Shown: positions 40,987 through 53,545 of the stretch, piece after piece
Layout: each line of letters opens with the position of its first letter
Position numbering within the stretch: position 1 is the stretch's first letter
From: Mobula hypostoma
Lineage: Eukaryota
Assembly: GCF_963921235.1 (NCBI RefSeq)
Contig: NC_086108.1
Span: 46,068,001-46,132,000, forward strand
Length of the DNA: 64,000 nt
Reading direction: 5' to 3'
Notes under the pieces: model-generated
What the model was told of the DNA's origin: nothing
Seen by the model: only the letters and a program-made list of their open reading frames with translations
Database searches by the model: none
Program-made: the position numbers and the translations under genes

Positions 40987-41020
40987 GTCCTGATGAAGGG
41001 TCTCGGCCTGAAACGTTGAC
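40987..41020 (+). ncRNA. Minimal type-I hammerhead ribozyme-like motif with canonical CUGAUGA core
   Basis: GTC-CTGATGA-AGG-gtctcgg-CCT-GAAAC-GTT-GAC: stem I GTC/GAC, stem II AGG/CCT, GUU triplet. Confidence 0.65.
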
Positions 41021-41544
41021 TGCACCTCTTCCTAGAGATGTTACCTGGCCTGCTGCGTTCACCAGCAACTTTTATGTGTGTTGCTTGAATTTCCAGTATC
41101 TGCAGAATTCCTGTTGTTTGCGTTTTGAGATTGTAGAGGAGATGTTTTTGCCAACCGGAACTGACTGGAATCTACAAGTGAGGAAAGCCGGGATCCAATT
41201 GCACAAGGGGGTAGCTTCTTCCCCTCTGCTATGAATATCTCCTCAGTCCTGTCTTTTTGCATTACTATTGAATATTTTTAATAAATACTACTTATTGTAA
41301 TTTAAATTTTATAATACTATATATTACAATGAACTGCTGCTGCAAAACAATGAATTTGACAATGTACGTTGGTGATATTAAACCTGATTCTGAAGAGATG
41401 CTTCACTGCTGCTCCCATTCTCTGGCATCCAAATCCCCTCTGGACTCTCAGTGGTAGAGGCAGATACATTGGACGTGGGTGCCAGGGCCGTCCTCTCCCA
41501 GCGAGGACCAGGTGGGATGACTCACCCTTGTGCCTTCTTACAGT

Positions 41545-44460
41545 CATAGAAAACTACAGCACAGAAACACGCCCTTTGGCCCATCGAGTCAATGCTGAAC
41601 CATTTAAACTGCGTGGTCCCACTGACTTGCAACCGGACCATAACCCTCACTACCACTCCCATCCACGTACCTATCTAAACGTCTCTTAACTGTTGAAATT
41701 AAAATCCCATCCACGACTTGCACTGGTTGCTTGTTCTACACTCTCACCACTCTCTGAGTGAAGTTTCCCCTCATATTCCCCTTAAACATCTCATCTTTCA
41801 CCTTTAACCCATGACTTCTAGTTGTAGTCTCACCCAGCCTCAGTAGAAACAGACTGCCTGCATTTACCCTATCTTTTCCCCTCATAATTTTGTATACCTC
41901 TATCAAATCTCACCCAGCCTTCTGTGTTCTGGGGAATTAAGTCCTAAACTGTTCAATCTTCCCTATTAACTAAGGTTCTCCAATCTCTATACTCTTTCAG
42001 TATTAATTATATCTTTCCTGTAGGTCGGTAGCCAAAACTGCACACAATACTCTAAATTAGGCCTCACTAATGTCTTATACAACTTCAACACAACATCCCA
42101 ACTCATGTACTCAATACTTTGATCTATGAAAGCCAATGTGCCAAAGCTTCCTTTATGACCCTATCTACTTGTGACACCACTTTCAATGAATTTTGGACCT
42201 GTTTTCCCAGATCCCTTTGTTCTGCCGTACTCTTCAATGCCCTACAGCTCACTGTGTAGAATCTACCCTGGTTAGTCCTCCCAAAGTGCAAGACCTCATT
42301 CTTGTCTGCATTAAATTCTATCTGTCATTTTTCAGCCAACTTTTCCATCTGGTCCAGATCGTGCTGTAAGGTTTGAAAGTATTCCTCACTGTCCACTACA
42401 CTGACAATCTTGGTATCATATGCAGATTTGCTGATCCAGTTAACCATGTTATCATCTGGATCATTGATATAGATGACAAGCAACAACAGACACAGCACCG
42501 ATCCCTGTGGTACTCCACTAGTCACAGGCCTCCAGTCAGTGAGGCAACCATCGATTACCATTCTCATCCAATTTACTACCTCATCTTGAATGCCAAGTGA
42601 CTGAACCTTATTGTGCAACCTCCCATGTGGGACCTTACAAATGCCTTCATGAAGTCCATGTAGATAACATCCACAGACTTGCCTTTATCAATATTCCTGG
42701 TAACCTCCCAAAACACTCTAAGGTTGGTTAAATATGACCTTCCATGCACAAAGCCTGCTGACTATCCCTAATTGAATTCTGTCTATCTAACTACTCATAT
42801 CTGGTCCTTTAGAATACCTTCCAGAAACGTTCCCACTACAGGTGTCAGGCTCAATGACCTATAATTTCCTGGTTTATTCTTAGAGCCTTTCTTAAACAAT
42901 AAAACAACATTAGCTATCCTCCAATCCTCTGGTACCTCACCTGTTGCTAAGGATGATTTAAATATCTCTGCTAGGGCCACTGAAATTTCTGCACTGGCCT
43001 CCCACAGGGTCTGAGGGAACACCTTGTCAGGCTCTGGGGATTTATCCACCCAGATTTTCCTCAAGACAGCAAACCCCTCCTCCTCTGTAACCTGTGTAGG
43101 GTCCATGACCTTACTGCTGCTTTGCTTCACTTCCATTGACACTGACCGTCTCCCAAGTAAACACAGATGCAAAATTTTAAAAAAATCCATTTAAAATCTC
43201 CCCCATCTATTTTGGGTCTGGTACTCTAGTTCCCATATCGTTCAGCTCCAGGGGCAGCATGGTAGCATAGTGGTTAGCACAACATTTTATAATACGTTGC
43301 TACCACTGCCAGTCTGGAGTTTGTATGTTGTCCCCATGACCACGTGGGCTTTCCTCTGGGTGCACCAGTTTCCTCCCACAGGCCAAAGATGTACCAGTTG
43401 GTAGGTTGATTGGTCATTGCAAATTTTCCCATGACTAAGCTAGGGGTAAATCAGGGGTTACTGGGCAACATGGTTAGAAGGGAAGAAGGGCCTGTACAAC
43501 ACTGTATCTCAATTTTTAAAAATGCCTCCATGCAGAATGAGCAAACCTTACCACTAGGATATTTGTCCCCTCCAGTTTAGGAGCAAACTTTCTCTTCTGC
43601 ACAGATTCCACCTTCCCTGGGAGAAAGTACAAGGATCCAAAAATTTGAGGCCTTCCCTCCTGCACCAACTCCTTGGCCATGTGTTAAACTGCATGATCTT
43701 CATATTTCTGGCCTCACTAGCACGTGACAATCCTGAGTCCTGTCCTTCAACTTAGCACCAAACTCCCTGAATATTTTGCAGAACCTCACTCCTCTTTTTA
43801 TCTATGTCATTGGTATCTATATGGACCATCACCTCCGGCTGCTCGCCCTCACCCTTAAGAATGCTGCGGACTTAATCCAAGATGTCACGGTCGCTGGCAC
43901 CCAGGAGACAACATACCATTTGGGAATCTTGTTCTTGTCCATAGAACCTCCTTTAGTTCCCCTAACTAATGAATCCCCTATCACGACAGTTCACCTCTTC
44001 TCCCTCCATCCCTCCTGAGCCGCAGAGACAGACTCAGTGCCAGAGACTGAATGCTGTGACTTTTCTCCGCGAAGTCACCCCCCAACAGTATCCAAAGTGA
44101 TATAGCTGTTGTGAGGGGGATAGCCACAGGGGTGCTCTGCACTAGCTGTTTAACCCCTTTTACCCTTCTGTTCGTCACCCAGTTTTCTGTGTCTTGTACC
44201 TTGGGTGTAACTACCTCTTCATATGTTCTACCTATCACCCCTCAACCTCCCGAGTGACCCAGAGGTCATCCAGTTCCAGCTCCAGCTCCTTAACATGGAG
44301 TGTTAGAAGCTGCAGCTGGATGCACTTCTTGCAGGTAAAGCTGTCAGGGACACCGAAAGTCTCCCTGCCATCTCACAACCTGCAAGAGGAGCATTCAGCT
44401 ATTCTGCCTGGCTTCCCTACTGCTCTATCTGTGCAATTATAAAGAAGGAAACAATAAATA
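41545..44460 (-). mobile_element. Decayed CR1 LINE (ORF1 and ORF2 pieces) with a nested SINE
   Basis: ORFs WRPVTSGVPQGSVL and EVPEDWRIANVVLLFKKGSKNKPGNYRSLSLT; ORF1-like segment at 43.6-44.4 kb. Confidence 0.85.
43251..43520 (+). mobile_element. V-SINE (tRNA-derived)
   Basis: ggggcagcatggtagcatagtggttagcac head and V domain ggagtttgtatgttgtcccc...cagtttcctcccacaggccaaagatg. Confidence 0.8.
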
Positions 44461-44610
44461 AACTGAAAAGATCTACCACAGCTTTGCGCCTTTTCTCACT
44501 CAAGCCTCCAAGAGCTAAAGCCTCAAATCCCCATTCTAACACTGTCCACTCCAACAAAGACCACTCCACTTACCTCTGCCTTAGTTTTATTTGCCCTTGC
44601 TAATGAATCA

Positions 44611-46492
44611 CGCATGTTCAACTCTACACAATGCCATTATCAAGTAAGAGACAGGAAGTTACTCACCATTAAATGGAGACATTGTCGGATGCGAAACACC
44701 AAGCCCTTTCTGGTCTGTACTGACCACCAGAACCTCGTATTCATACAAAAGATCAGCCAACTCAACCCACATCAGGCTCGTGGGCCCGCTTCTTCCAGCA
44801 ATTTAATTTCACCATCTCCTAATGACCCAGTTCCAAGAAAACACTAAGGTGGATGCCCTGTCATGACGGTTTGAGCTGAAATTGAGATCAACCCATCATT
44901 CCATCCCTGCAAATCCTCGCCTCAATTGTCTAGGATCTTGAGAACCAGATCTTCCAGGCCCTACTGCACGAGGCTACTGCAGCCAACACACCTGACAACT
45001 GCAGGTATGTGCCAATGGCAATGGGACCACTCCTCACCCATCTGGCCATCCAGGCACAAGGTGGTCTCTGGATTTTCTGCATTGCCAGTTCTGATGGCCC
45101 ACCATGTTCGCAGATGAATGTCAGTTTGTCACTGCCTACCCTCAATGTGCACAGCCCATCTCCTCCAACAAGGAATCCTCTGGTCTCCCGCGACCCCTGT
45201 CAGCCCCTCATCACCTGTGGTCACACATTGCCTTGGATTTCTTCTTGGGTTTGCCACCCTCCACTGGGGCCATGGTGATCATGATGGTGATGGACCAGTT
45301 CTCCAAGGCAACCCACTTCTTTGCTCTCCCCAAGCTTCCATCAGCCGCTGATTCACCTGACCTGGTTCTGCATCATGCAGTTCGCCTCCACGGCTCACAA
45401 TTTTCCAAGGACAGGTGGGCAGCCTTCTGCTCCCTCCTCTTCAGCTCAGTGAGCTTGTCCTCTGGCCATCATCCACAGACCAATGGACAGTTAGAGCCAA
45501 TCAGCGAGTAGAAAAGCTTCTGCAATGCCTCACCTCCTCAAGTCTTTCCATGTGGAAGAAGCATATGCTCTGGTCCGAACTGTCCCACAATCTACACGCC
45601 TCCTCCATCATGGGTATGGCACTCTTTGAAGTACTTCATGGCTACCAACCCCAGTTGCTACCCCCACCCCCTGGAGGAGCCAATGGTGGAGGATCTGTCC
45701 ACCAAGCTCTGCTTCACTGCTGCCAGAATGCTTGGATGACGATAAGGAAGACTATCCTAGCTGTGAACCGCGCCTATAGCCACTGGTGCTCAGCCAGACT
45801 ACTCCAACCGAGGGCTGTCCACCCAAGATCTGTCCCTGTGCACTGACTCCTGGAAGCTCTCACCCTGATTCATTGGGGCCTTTAAGACTGCTCATCACAT
45901 CAACCCAGACACTTACTGTCTCCAGCTGCCACAGTCCTTCAGGATCACACCTATCTTCCACGTGTCCTGCCCCAAGCCTGTTGTCCATGGACCACTCAAC
46001 CCATATAGGCCTGAACCTCTGGAACCAAAGATGGCGGATGGTGGTCTGGTGTACTTGATACACCAGTTGATGGATTCACACTATCATGGGCAGGGTGTGC
46101 AGTCCCTGGTCAGCTGGGAGGGATGGAGCCAAGAGGAGAGATTATGGGTTGCTGGGGCCAGCTGTTTGGGGTGGAGGGCTTCCTGTCAGGCCTTCACATG
46201 CAGGCTCCTCCTGGTCTCCACCCAGACAACAGGAACCACCTGCCACTCATTTCCAACTCACTACCTGCAGCCTATTTAAACCCTACTCTCAGCCACAATC
46301 CTTGTTCGCTCAGCCTCAACCAGTTGCACCTAGCCTCCAGTTAGCTTGCTGCCTTGCCATGTTAAATATCTGATTTCTCTTGCTTTGTGGCCCATTGTAG
46401 CATGTTATTTTGCAGTTTATTAAAGTTATCGCCTACTGATAAAATAATCTCTGTTCTGCACGTGGATCAAGCCTTCTCTATGCTTCATGACA
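44611..46492 (+). mobile_element. Ty3/Gypsy (chromovirus-type) LTR retrotransposon remnant: RNase H, integrase, chromodomain, PPT and 3' LTR
   Basis: CTDHQNL (RNase H), WSHIALDFFLGLPPS...VMDQFSKATHF and SGHHPQTNGQ (integrase), VQSLVSWEGWSQEERLWV (chromodomain), purine-rich ggggtggaggg, then an LTR from TGTCA (46184) to TGACA (46492). Confidence 0.9.
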
Positions 46493-46675
46493 CCAGCTTC
46501 AGGAAGGGAGTGATGGAATGGAAAGGAAATCAGCGGAAAGATTAAACTGACGGTCACCTTCCATTCCCATCCCTCTGTATGGTTTGTGAGATTTGTGCAT
46601 TTATTTACCCTGACACCAGTGACACCACTGAAATTAATTTGCATCAAATATTGAAAAATAAATGTTCTGACTTAC

Positions 46676-46709
46676 CTGGATGATCTGGGGATTGTAAAAC
46701 TTCTGACAT
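46676..46709 (-). CDS. KANK4: KANK4-like coding exon 1 (MSEVLQSPDHP + G; whole exon 46676-46757 including 5' UTR)
   Basis: Minus strand: pyrimidine tract and CAG acceptor (46758-46760), in-frame TAA 9 nt upstream of the ATG, A at -3, donor CAG|GTAAGT at 46676/46675. The phase-1 end joins exon 2 in frame (G+CC = Ala). Confidence 0.75.
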
Positions 46710-47579
46710 TCTGTCTTAGCAGAACGTGGCTTGATTAATTCAGTGAAACTGACTGAGCTGCAAGCAAAAGTAGGCAAACAAAATTAACCTCTTAAATTTT
46801 AAAGTATTGGTCTATTTAACTTAGGAAGCCATTGCTTGATATTTTGTACTTCACCAATAACACATCAATGATTCATTGCAAAGTAGTTTTTCACATGTAG
46901 TATTCCAGCTGCCTCTTACTCTTTCCCAGTTCAAAAGAAGGATCTTTGACCTAAAATATTAATTCTGCTTCACTTTCCACGGATGCTGACTGACCTGGTG
47001 AGTATTTCCAGCACGGCTAATTTTATTTCAGATCTCCAACATTTGCAGTTTGTTGATCTTCACTGTTTGGTATCAGTCTCGGCACAGGAACTAAAGGCGG
47101 CCTATATATTATCCATTAATCTTTGTATTAGTGTATCATTTAACATAAGGAAATAGAAACTTGACAGTTATCACTACATGTTTTATTGAAGCAATCCTAA
47201 AGACATAAGAGTATCGAATCTCTGAAAGTTTTAATGACTATAATTTGATTCACAGCTCCAAATTCAACAAAATTTGGGTATAACAGAAAAGGATTATGTT
47301 ATGACAGGGTTACCCAAGCTAAGAGGCAAGGAGAAAGAAATATTATCAAAAGCACTGTCATATAATTATTGTAATAACAATTTAAACGTTCTATGTTGTC
47401 CGACCTCTGGGAAGCAAACTCCTAATACTAACAGGCCAGCAAAGGAAAATCAAAATGTCTTCTATGATAGAAATCCAAAACACAAATAAGATGTCTTTTG
47501 GGGGGGAAAAATCACTCTACATTTCAGTCTCTAATCTCATGTGAAGGCTGCAGAGGCAAATTTAGCTATTGCAGCCTCT

Positions 47580-48497
47580 TTTCCATTGACCAAGAACTGA
47601 TAGATGAAGAGCTGATGCAATTGGAAGAGGAAAGGATAACAATCGAAACTAAATGCAGTAGCGAATGGACCGAACGTAAAGCAACTACATGAGATTTTTG
47701 CTGCAATGATTCCAGAAAAGTACGACTTTAATTTTGAAAGGGTATGTAGGTTTAGGGCATATTTGCAGGATGGTTTGAGTGCTTACAAAGAACTGTATGA
47801 TAGAAAAATGCGCGAGGCTAAGCAGTCAAGCATACTGTCGTTTTTCAAGCCTTCCATGTCAGCCACAGCAGACGACGAACCTCGACCTTTGACATCGAGG
47901 CAGGCAGACATAGAAGAAGATGACCTGCCTGCCCTGATGGAAACAGATGATGATGAGATGACACCACAGTGACCCACCACCCAAACCTCCGACGACTCAG
48001 CCTAACACACCATCATCAGTGTGCTCGCTGTCTTCCCGATTCCAGTAAGTGATACTACACTGTACATACATTATTTCTACATTATATAGGCTGTGTATTT
48101 TTATGTGTTATTTGGTATGATTTGGCAACTCCATAGCTTGAAGGTTACTGGAGAGAGTGTTTCTGCCAAGAGCATTTGCGCCAAGTGTTTCTGCCAAGAG
48201 TGCTTGCGTGAGATTTTCGTTACGATGGACAGTGCAATGATTGCAGAGAAGTATTTCTACTTTATATAGGCTGTGTATTTATCATATCATTCCTACTTTT
48301 ACTATATGTTACTGTTATTTTAAGTTTTAAGTTTTATGTGTTATTTGGCATGATTTGGTAGGTTATTTTTTAGGTCTGCAAACGCTCTCAAATTTTTCCC
48401 ATATAAATAAATGGCAATTGCTTCTTCACTTTATGACATTCTGGCTTACGAACCGTTTCATTGGAATGCTCTACCTACGGATGGTGGGGAAAACCTG
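47580..48497 (+). mobile_element. Tigger/pogo-like transposon 3' remnant
   Basis: EELMQLEEE and YDFNFERVCRFRAYLQDGLSAYKELYDRK...QSSILSFFKP resemble the Tigger transposase C-terminus; the end ...ggggaaaacctg is TIR-like. Confidence 0.7.
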
Positions 48498-51009
48498 GTT
48501 TTGGGGAGGAACTCAGCACGCCATCTAGTGGTGGGGGTGGTGGGGGGGGTGTGGAATGGAATTGTTGAAATCTTTCCTGTGATTTGCTTATGTCTACTGA
48601 ATAGGTTGAGAAAGCAGTGAGTTTTCTCAAGGAGCTCAAGAAACATTCTCTCTCATTGGATAAGGTCAGTAGAAAATAAGGCTTTGGTAAAAAAAAATTG
48701 CTAATAATCAGCTTTAATATTAATCAAATGTGGTCACAGGGAGAAAGGAAGGAACATGTGAGCAAGCTGAAAAAAAGTTTCATTTACTAAAGTTGAACCT
48801 TGTTGTCTCTACAACCGTGAATCCTGAGCATTCATCCCTACTTACTCCTTCTTAGCTCGTTCTCTCTGTTCAGCTCATGACTGCTTTCTGTCCTCTACAA
48901 GATTTGACAAGATTTACTAAAATGCTACAAAAATAAATTAATGCAATTTATCTGCTGTGACTTTTATGCAACCTTAGAAACCTTGGTTAAGTATATAGCT
49001 GTTGCACATTTCCATCAACAGATAAATAAACTGTCTCTGCAGTTTTAGCAAATGGTTTGGAGTCCAGATTTTCAACCATACTGGAAAAAGCTGATCACGG
49101 ACCATCAGAAATGTGGGCACTTTAAAACTGCTTGTGGTACATTAACCACGATGGAACTTACAAGTCTTACTGTGCATTTGGTGAGTTGGTTGCAGTGACA
49201 ACTAAATTCAGCTTAATTAAAGGACCAACAGTGTACAACAGAATATACTTCTGGCCCTGTTTATCCATGAATAATTCTGTGCAATTTCTGCTTGTGATTA
49301 TATTAATCAACACTCAAAGATTAAAAATAAGTGGCAATATTTAAACACAAGGTGGAGTCTTGGTTTCTGATTCAGCTAACAGCATTCACTATGAAGCAGG
49401 GTAACTCGAAGCCCACGTGAGCTATAATGATCAGCAGTGATTGTGGGCAGGACATACTGCAGGAAGAACTGGTGGAATATAGGAGCTCAGCTGAAAGAAA
49501 ACTAAAATAGATTTAGTCTAAAGACGGAGAAGACCAGTGTTAAGAGGTGGAATTTGGGTACTTCTGGTTCTAGAATACTGGGATTGAAAGCTCGGTCTGA
49601 AGCTGAATATGCAATGATCTGAACAGCCTTATGCAGTGAGATATGGCAGTAACTGTCAGTTTCAGAATGAAGTTTGTGGCAGGGTTCATAAAAGTTGAGG
49701 CAACGGTCAATTCAGTGTTCAGTTGCAAAGTGACAGCTTATCTAAAATTGCACACCAGACATGTATTTTTTCCAGCAGAGCAGCAACAAAGGGTGGAGGT
49801 GTTATCAGCCTTTGGTGATCCCATGTCGGAAGATGACATTACCAAGAAATCAGATGGGGAGGAATGAGTCAAGGATAAACGCTGAGAGGTTTCAATGCAC
49901 AGGTAAAAGCTTTGACTAAGACTTCAGTCATTGCAATTTTCCAAAATACCATAAATACATGTTTGACCTTTGCAACATTTGGTATTTCCAGTCAGCTATT
50001 TTCAGCCTCAGATCAGACCACACAGCATGGACACAGGCCGTTAAACACACTGGGACTTCCTTCTTCAGTTGCATTTCTAAGAAAGGAGTGAATAGCATAT
50101 AGCACAAAACCAGAGAAGATTATGCATGGCTATATAATACAACTGTTCCCATTGTTCTGACAGAATAAGATTGTTTAGTCAGACCAGTTCCTATTATTAC
50201 CACCATCTTAGTATTAAAACAATTCAGCACATGTTCCAAACCAAAACCATAGAACCAAATGTGGGATCACTTGCCTAAAGAGATAGGAAAATGAGACGAT
50301 TTGCATTCACTAACCTCTTGGAAGTATCTGTTCAGAAGGAAAACTGTGCAGTCTCTTTCTTAATCCAAGAATTAAGAATCCAAGGACTACAGACCCAACT
50401 GTTTTGCCTCTCTTGATAGAGCAACCCCTGCTCCCAATCGCAGAATTAAACCAAGCAGAAATGATTTAGAACATAGAACTTTACAGCTGAAGAACAGGCC
50501 ACTCGGCCTACCATGTCTGTGCTGACCATGATGCCAATACAAGCTCATCACATCTGGCCTGCACGTGATTTCTATCCCCCCATACTCTGCGTGTCCATGT
50601 GCCTATATAAATGCCCTAAAGTGCCACGATAGAGTCTGCTTTCTTGGCAGTACATTCCATGCACCTACTATGTGTGGAAAAGAAACTTACCCTACACATC
50701 TCCTTCAAACTTTTCCCCTCTTAACTTAAAGCTATGTCCTCTGGTGTTTGACGTTTCTAATCTGGTAGAAGAAAAGGCTTCTACTTATGTCTCTCAATTT
50801 TATAAACCTCTGCCAGGTGTCCTTTTGGCATCTGAAGCTCCACAGAGAACAGTTCAATTTGCCCAATCTCTCCTCAGAGCTATTATTCTCTAACCTTGGC
50901 AGCATCTTGTAAATGTCTTCTACATTCACTCCAAAGCCTTCACATGCTACCTGCAATTGGAACTAAGAACTGCACACAATTCTCCAATGCAGCCTAACCA
51001 AAGACTTAT

Positions 51010-51880
51010 GCACAAGAGAGTCTGCAGTTGCTGGAAGTCTTGAGCAACACACTCCCCACTTTCTATAGGGATCTCTCTATACACGATTCTCTTGTCCGCT
51101 CATCCCTCCCCATTGATCTCCCTCCTGGCACATCCCGGCAAGAGGGGCAAGTGCCGCACCTGCTCCCTTACCGCCTTTCAGGGCCCCAAACAGTCCTTCC
51201 AGGTGAGGTGATCTGGGAGTCTGTTGGGGTGACCTACTGTGTCCAGTGCTCCCAGTGAGGCCTGCTCTACATCAGCGAGACCATTTTGTCAAGGACCTTC
51301 ACTCCATCCACCACAATAGGTGGATCTCCTGCTTCAACTTCTCATTCCAACGTGTCCGTCCATGGCCTCCTCTACTGCCACTCAGGTTAGAAGAGCAACA
51401 CCTCATATTACATCTGGGTAGCCTTCCACCTGATGGCATAAACATAAATTTCTTTAATCCAGTAATTTCTTTCTCCTTCCACCTCTCTTTTTTCATTCTC
51501 CATTCTGGTTATCCTCTCACCACTTCTCTTCTCCTCAGCTGTCCATCACCTTCCCCTGGTGTGCCTCCTCCTTTTCTCTCTTCAATGGTCCACTGTCCTC
51601 CCCTATCACATTCCTCTTCAACCCTTCTCCTTTTCCACCTATCACCTCCCAGCTTACTTCATAAAACTCTCCCCTTCGCCTATCATCCATCAACGTGCAC
51701 TCCCTACCCCCCCTCCAGTCCTCTTATTCTGACTTCTGCCCCTTCCTGTCCAGCCACAAATGGGGTCTTGGCCTGAAACATCGACTGTTCATCCCTCCTC
51801 CGTAGTTACTGCCCAACTTGCTGAGTTCCTCCAGCATTCTGTGTGTGTTGTCAAAGATTTCTGCAGCTGCAGCATCACTT
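51010..51880 (+). mobile_element. Decayed Penelope-like element nested in an antisense CR1 fragment (about 50470-52040)
   Basis: WESVGVTYCVQCSQ and LRLEEQHLILHLGSLPPDGIN are homologous to the 40215-40541 GIY-YIG ORF. Terminus ggcctgaaacatcgact...ctgagttcctccagcatt. Confidence 0.85.
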
Positions 51881-52619
51881 CCTGACTCTTACTCTGGGTG
51901 CCTTAATCAACAAAAGGCAAGCATGCCATATGCTTTCTTTACTATGTTGTCTACTTACAGTACGTTGCCACTTGCAAGGAGATATGGACTTGAATTTCAA
52001 GATTCCACTGTACGTCAATATTTCTAAGGGCCCTGCCATTTATTTGAATTATTTTATTTAAATGCAGTTAAGCCAATTTCAGTTTAATTGTGGTCCATTA
52101 ACACTGATATTATAGATTCATTATTGAGAATTACGTTCATTCTAATGACATGTTTCTCTTGTAACTCAGTCTTGCTGTAGAGTATAAGTGTCATTATTTG
52201 GTTATATGAATGCTGTGGGTAAGACACTGTAGTTAGTAAGAACATTTCTCACTGTTACTACAAATTGTAGAACATTATGGTTAAAAATTAGATCACATAG
52301 CTCAATTTTTGGGTACCAAAAGTAAACTTCGTTCCCAAAAGTATGCAAAGAACTTTTACAAAAAGGAAACAGAGCAGGCAGATCATAATATCAATCACTG
52401 CAACACTGCATCTAATACCAGTTCTGTCATTTTAGAGCTCAGTGCTGACTAACAATGTATTTTAATCTCCTACAGTGAACATGCGGAATATTGATTTAGT
52501 TTGGTTACGGGCCAATTCCTTCTGGTAGTTACTATGAATCTGTAACAGATGTTTAAAGACTTCTTGTTGACTTGTCATCAGCACCAGCTGATTGATTTAT
52601 GAGAAGGTGTATTCATGCA

Positions 52620-53545
52620 CAGTTGGCCCTCCTTATCCGCGAGTTCCGCATGCGCGAATTCAACCAACTGCGAATCGAGAAAACCCGGAAGTGCTCTTCC
52701 AGCACTTGTTGTTCGAACATGTACAGACATTTTTTTCTTGTCATTATTCCCTAAACAATTCAGTATAACAACTATTTTACATAGCATTTACATTGTATTA
52801 GGTATTACAAGTAATCTAGAGATGATTTAAAGTATACGGGAGGATGTGCGTAGTTTATCGTGGATCGGGATGAAAAAAAACCAGTAAGTTCTCTTACTAA
52901 GTCAGATGGAACAGGTCCATCTGGTATTATTTAGCGTCAGTTAGTCGAACATTTGTCTTAGTATATAGTATATATTTTACCTTTCTATGCATATAAAACA
53001 CTTAAGAAACATATGTTTCAGCGCCGGGCTCGGGAACAGAAATTCCCGAGTTCGATCCAGTGACAGACCGCTCCCGAGCGCACTCTCCATCCTTGCCAGG
53101 TTGATGTGAAGGATCAAAAATCCAAAACCCCAAAACCCAATAATTAAACCACTGGGTTGCTTAGTAATAATTGTAGCTTTCATCAGAGCAGGGCCTTTCT
53201 CACTTTATCCTTTAAAATTGTTCTGATTGTTGACCGACTGTAGCCTAACGCTTTTCCAATGACCGATGGCATTTCACCTCTTTCCGATCGCTTTATTATT
53301 TCCACTTTATTTTCAATTGTGATCATGATTATTTTTGTGAACAGAAACACTGTGGATTCAGAGCTCCACTGCCAGGTCCTAATGTCCACTGCACTGAGAC
53401 AGGTTAAATAAGGTCTGGGGTTCCACTGGGTCCTAAGGTCCACTGTATTGAGACAGGTTGAATAACGGACTTGAGCATCTGCGTTTTTTGGTATCCTCGA
53501 GGGGTCCCGGAACCAATCCCTCACAGATGAGGAGGGCTGATAGTA
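52620..53545 (-). mobile_element. Internally deleted Tigger-like DNA transposon
   Basis: Imperfect TIRs cagttggccctccttatccgcgag / ctcacagatgaggagggctgatag. ORF ITIENKVEIIKRSERGEMPSVIGKALGYSRSTIRTILKDK is a CENP-B/psq-type HTH. Confidence 0.85.

Larger units (their letters stand above)
39826..41126 (-). mobile_element. Penelope-like retroelement: GIY-YIG endonuclease C-terminus, 3' terminal repeat and inverted second terminus
   Basis: ORF 40215-40541 FTCESAGVIYCVRCSQCGLLYIGETRHRLGDRFAEH...EQHLIFRLGSLQPDGMN is the GIY-YIG domain typical of PLEs. Exact 14-bp TSD gagattgtagagga at 39812-39825 and 41127-41140. Confidence 0.93.
39560..41200 (-). mobile_element. Rex1-like LINE fragment split by the Penelope insertion
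   Basis: STISISTGVSQGCVLSPLL and DCVAKYSSNTIYSFVDDTTV on the left; the element continues to the right of 41127. Confidence 0.75.
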
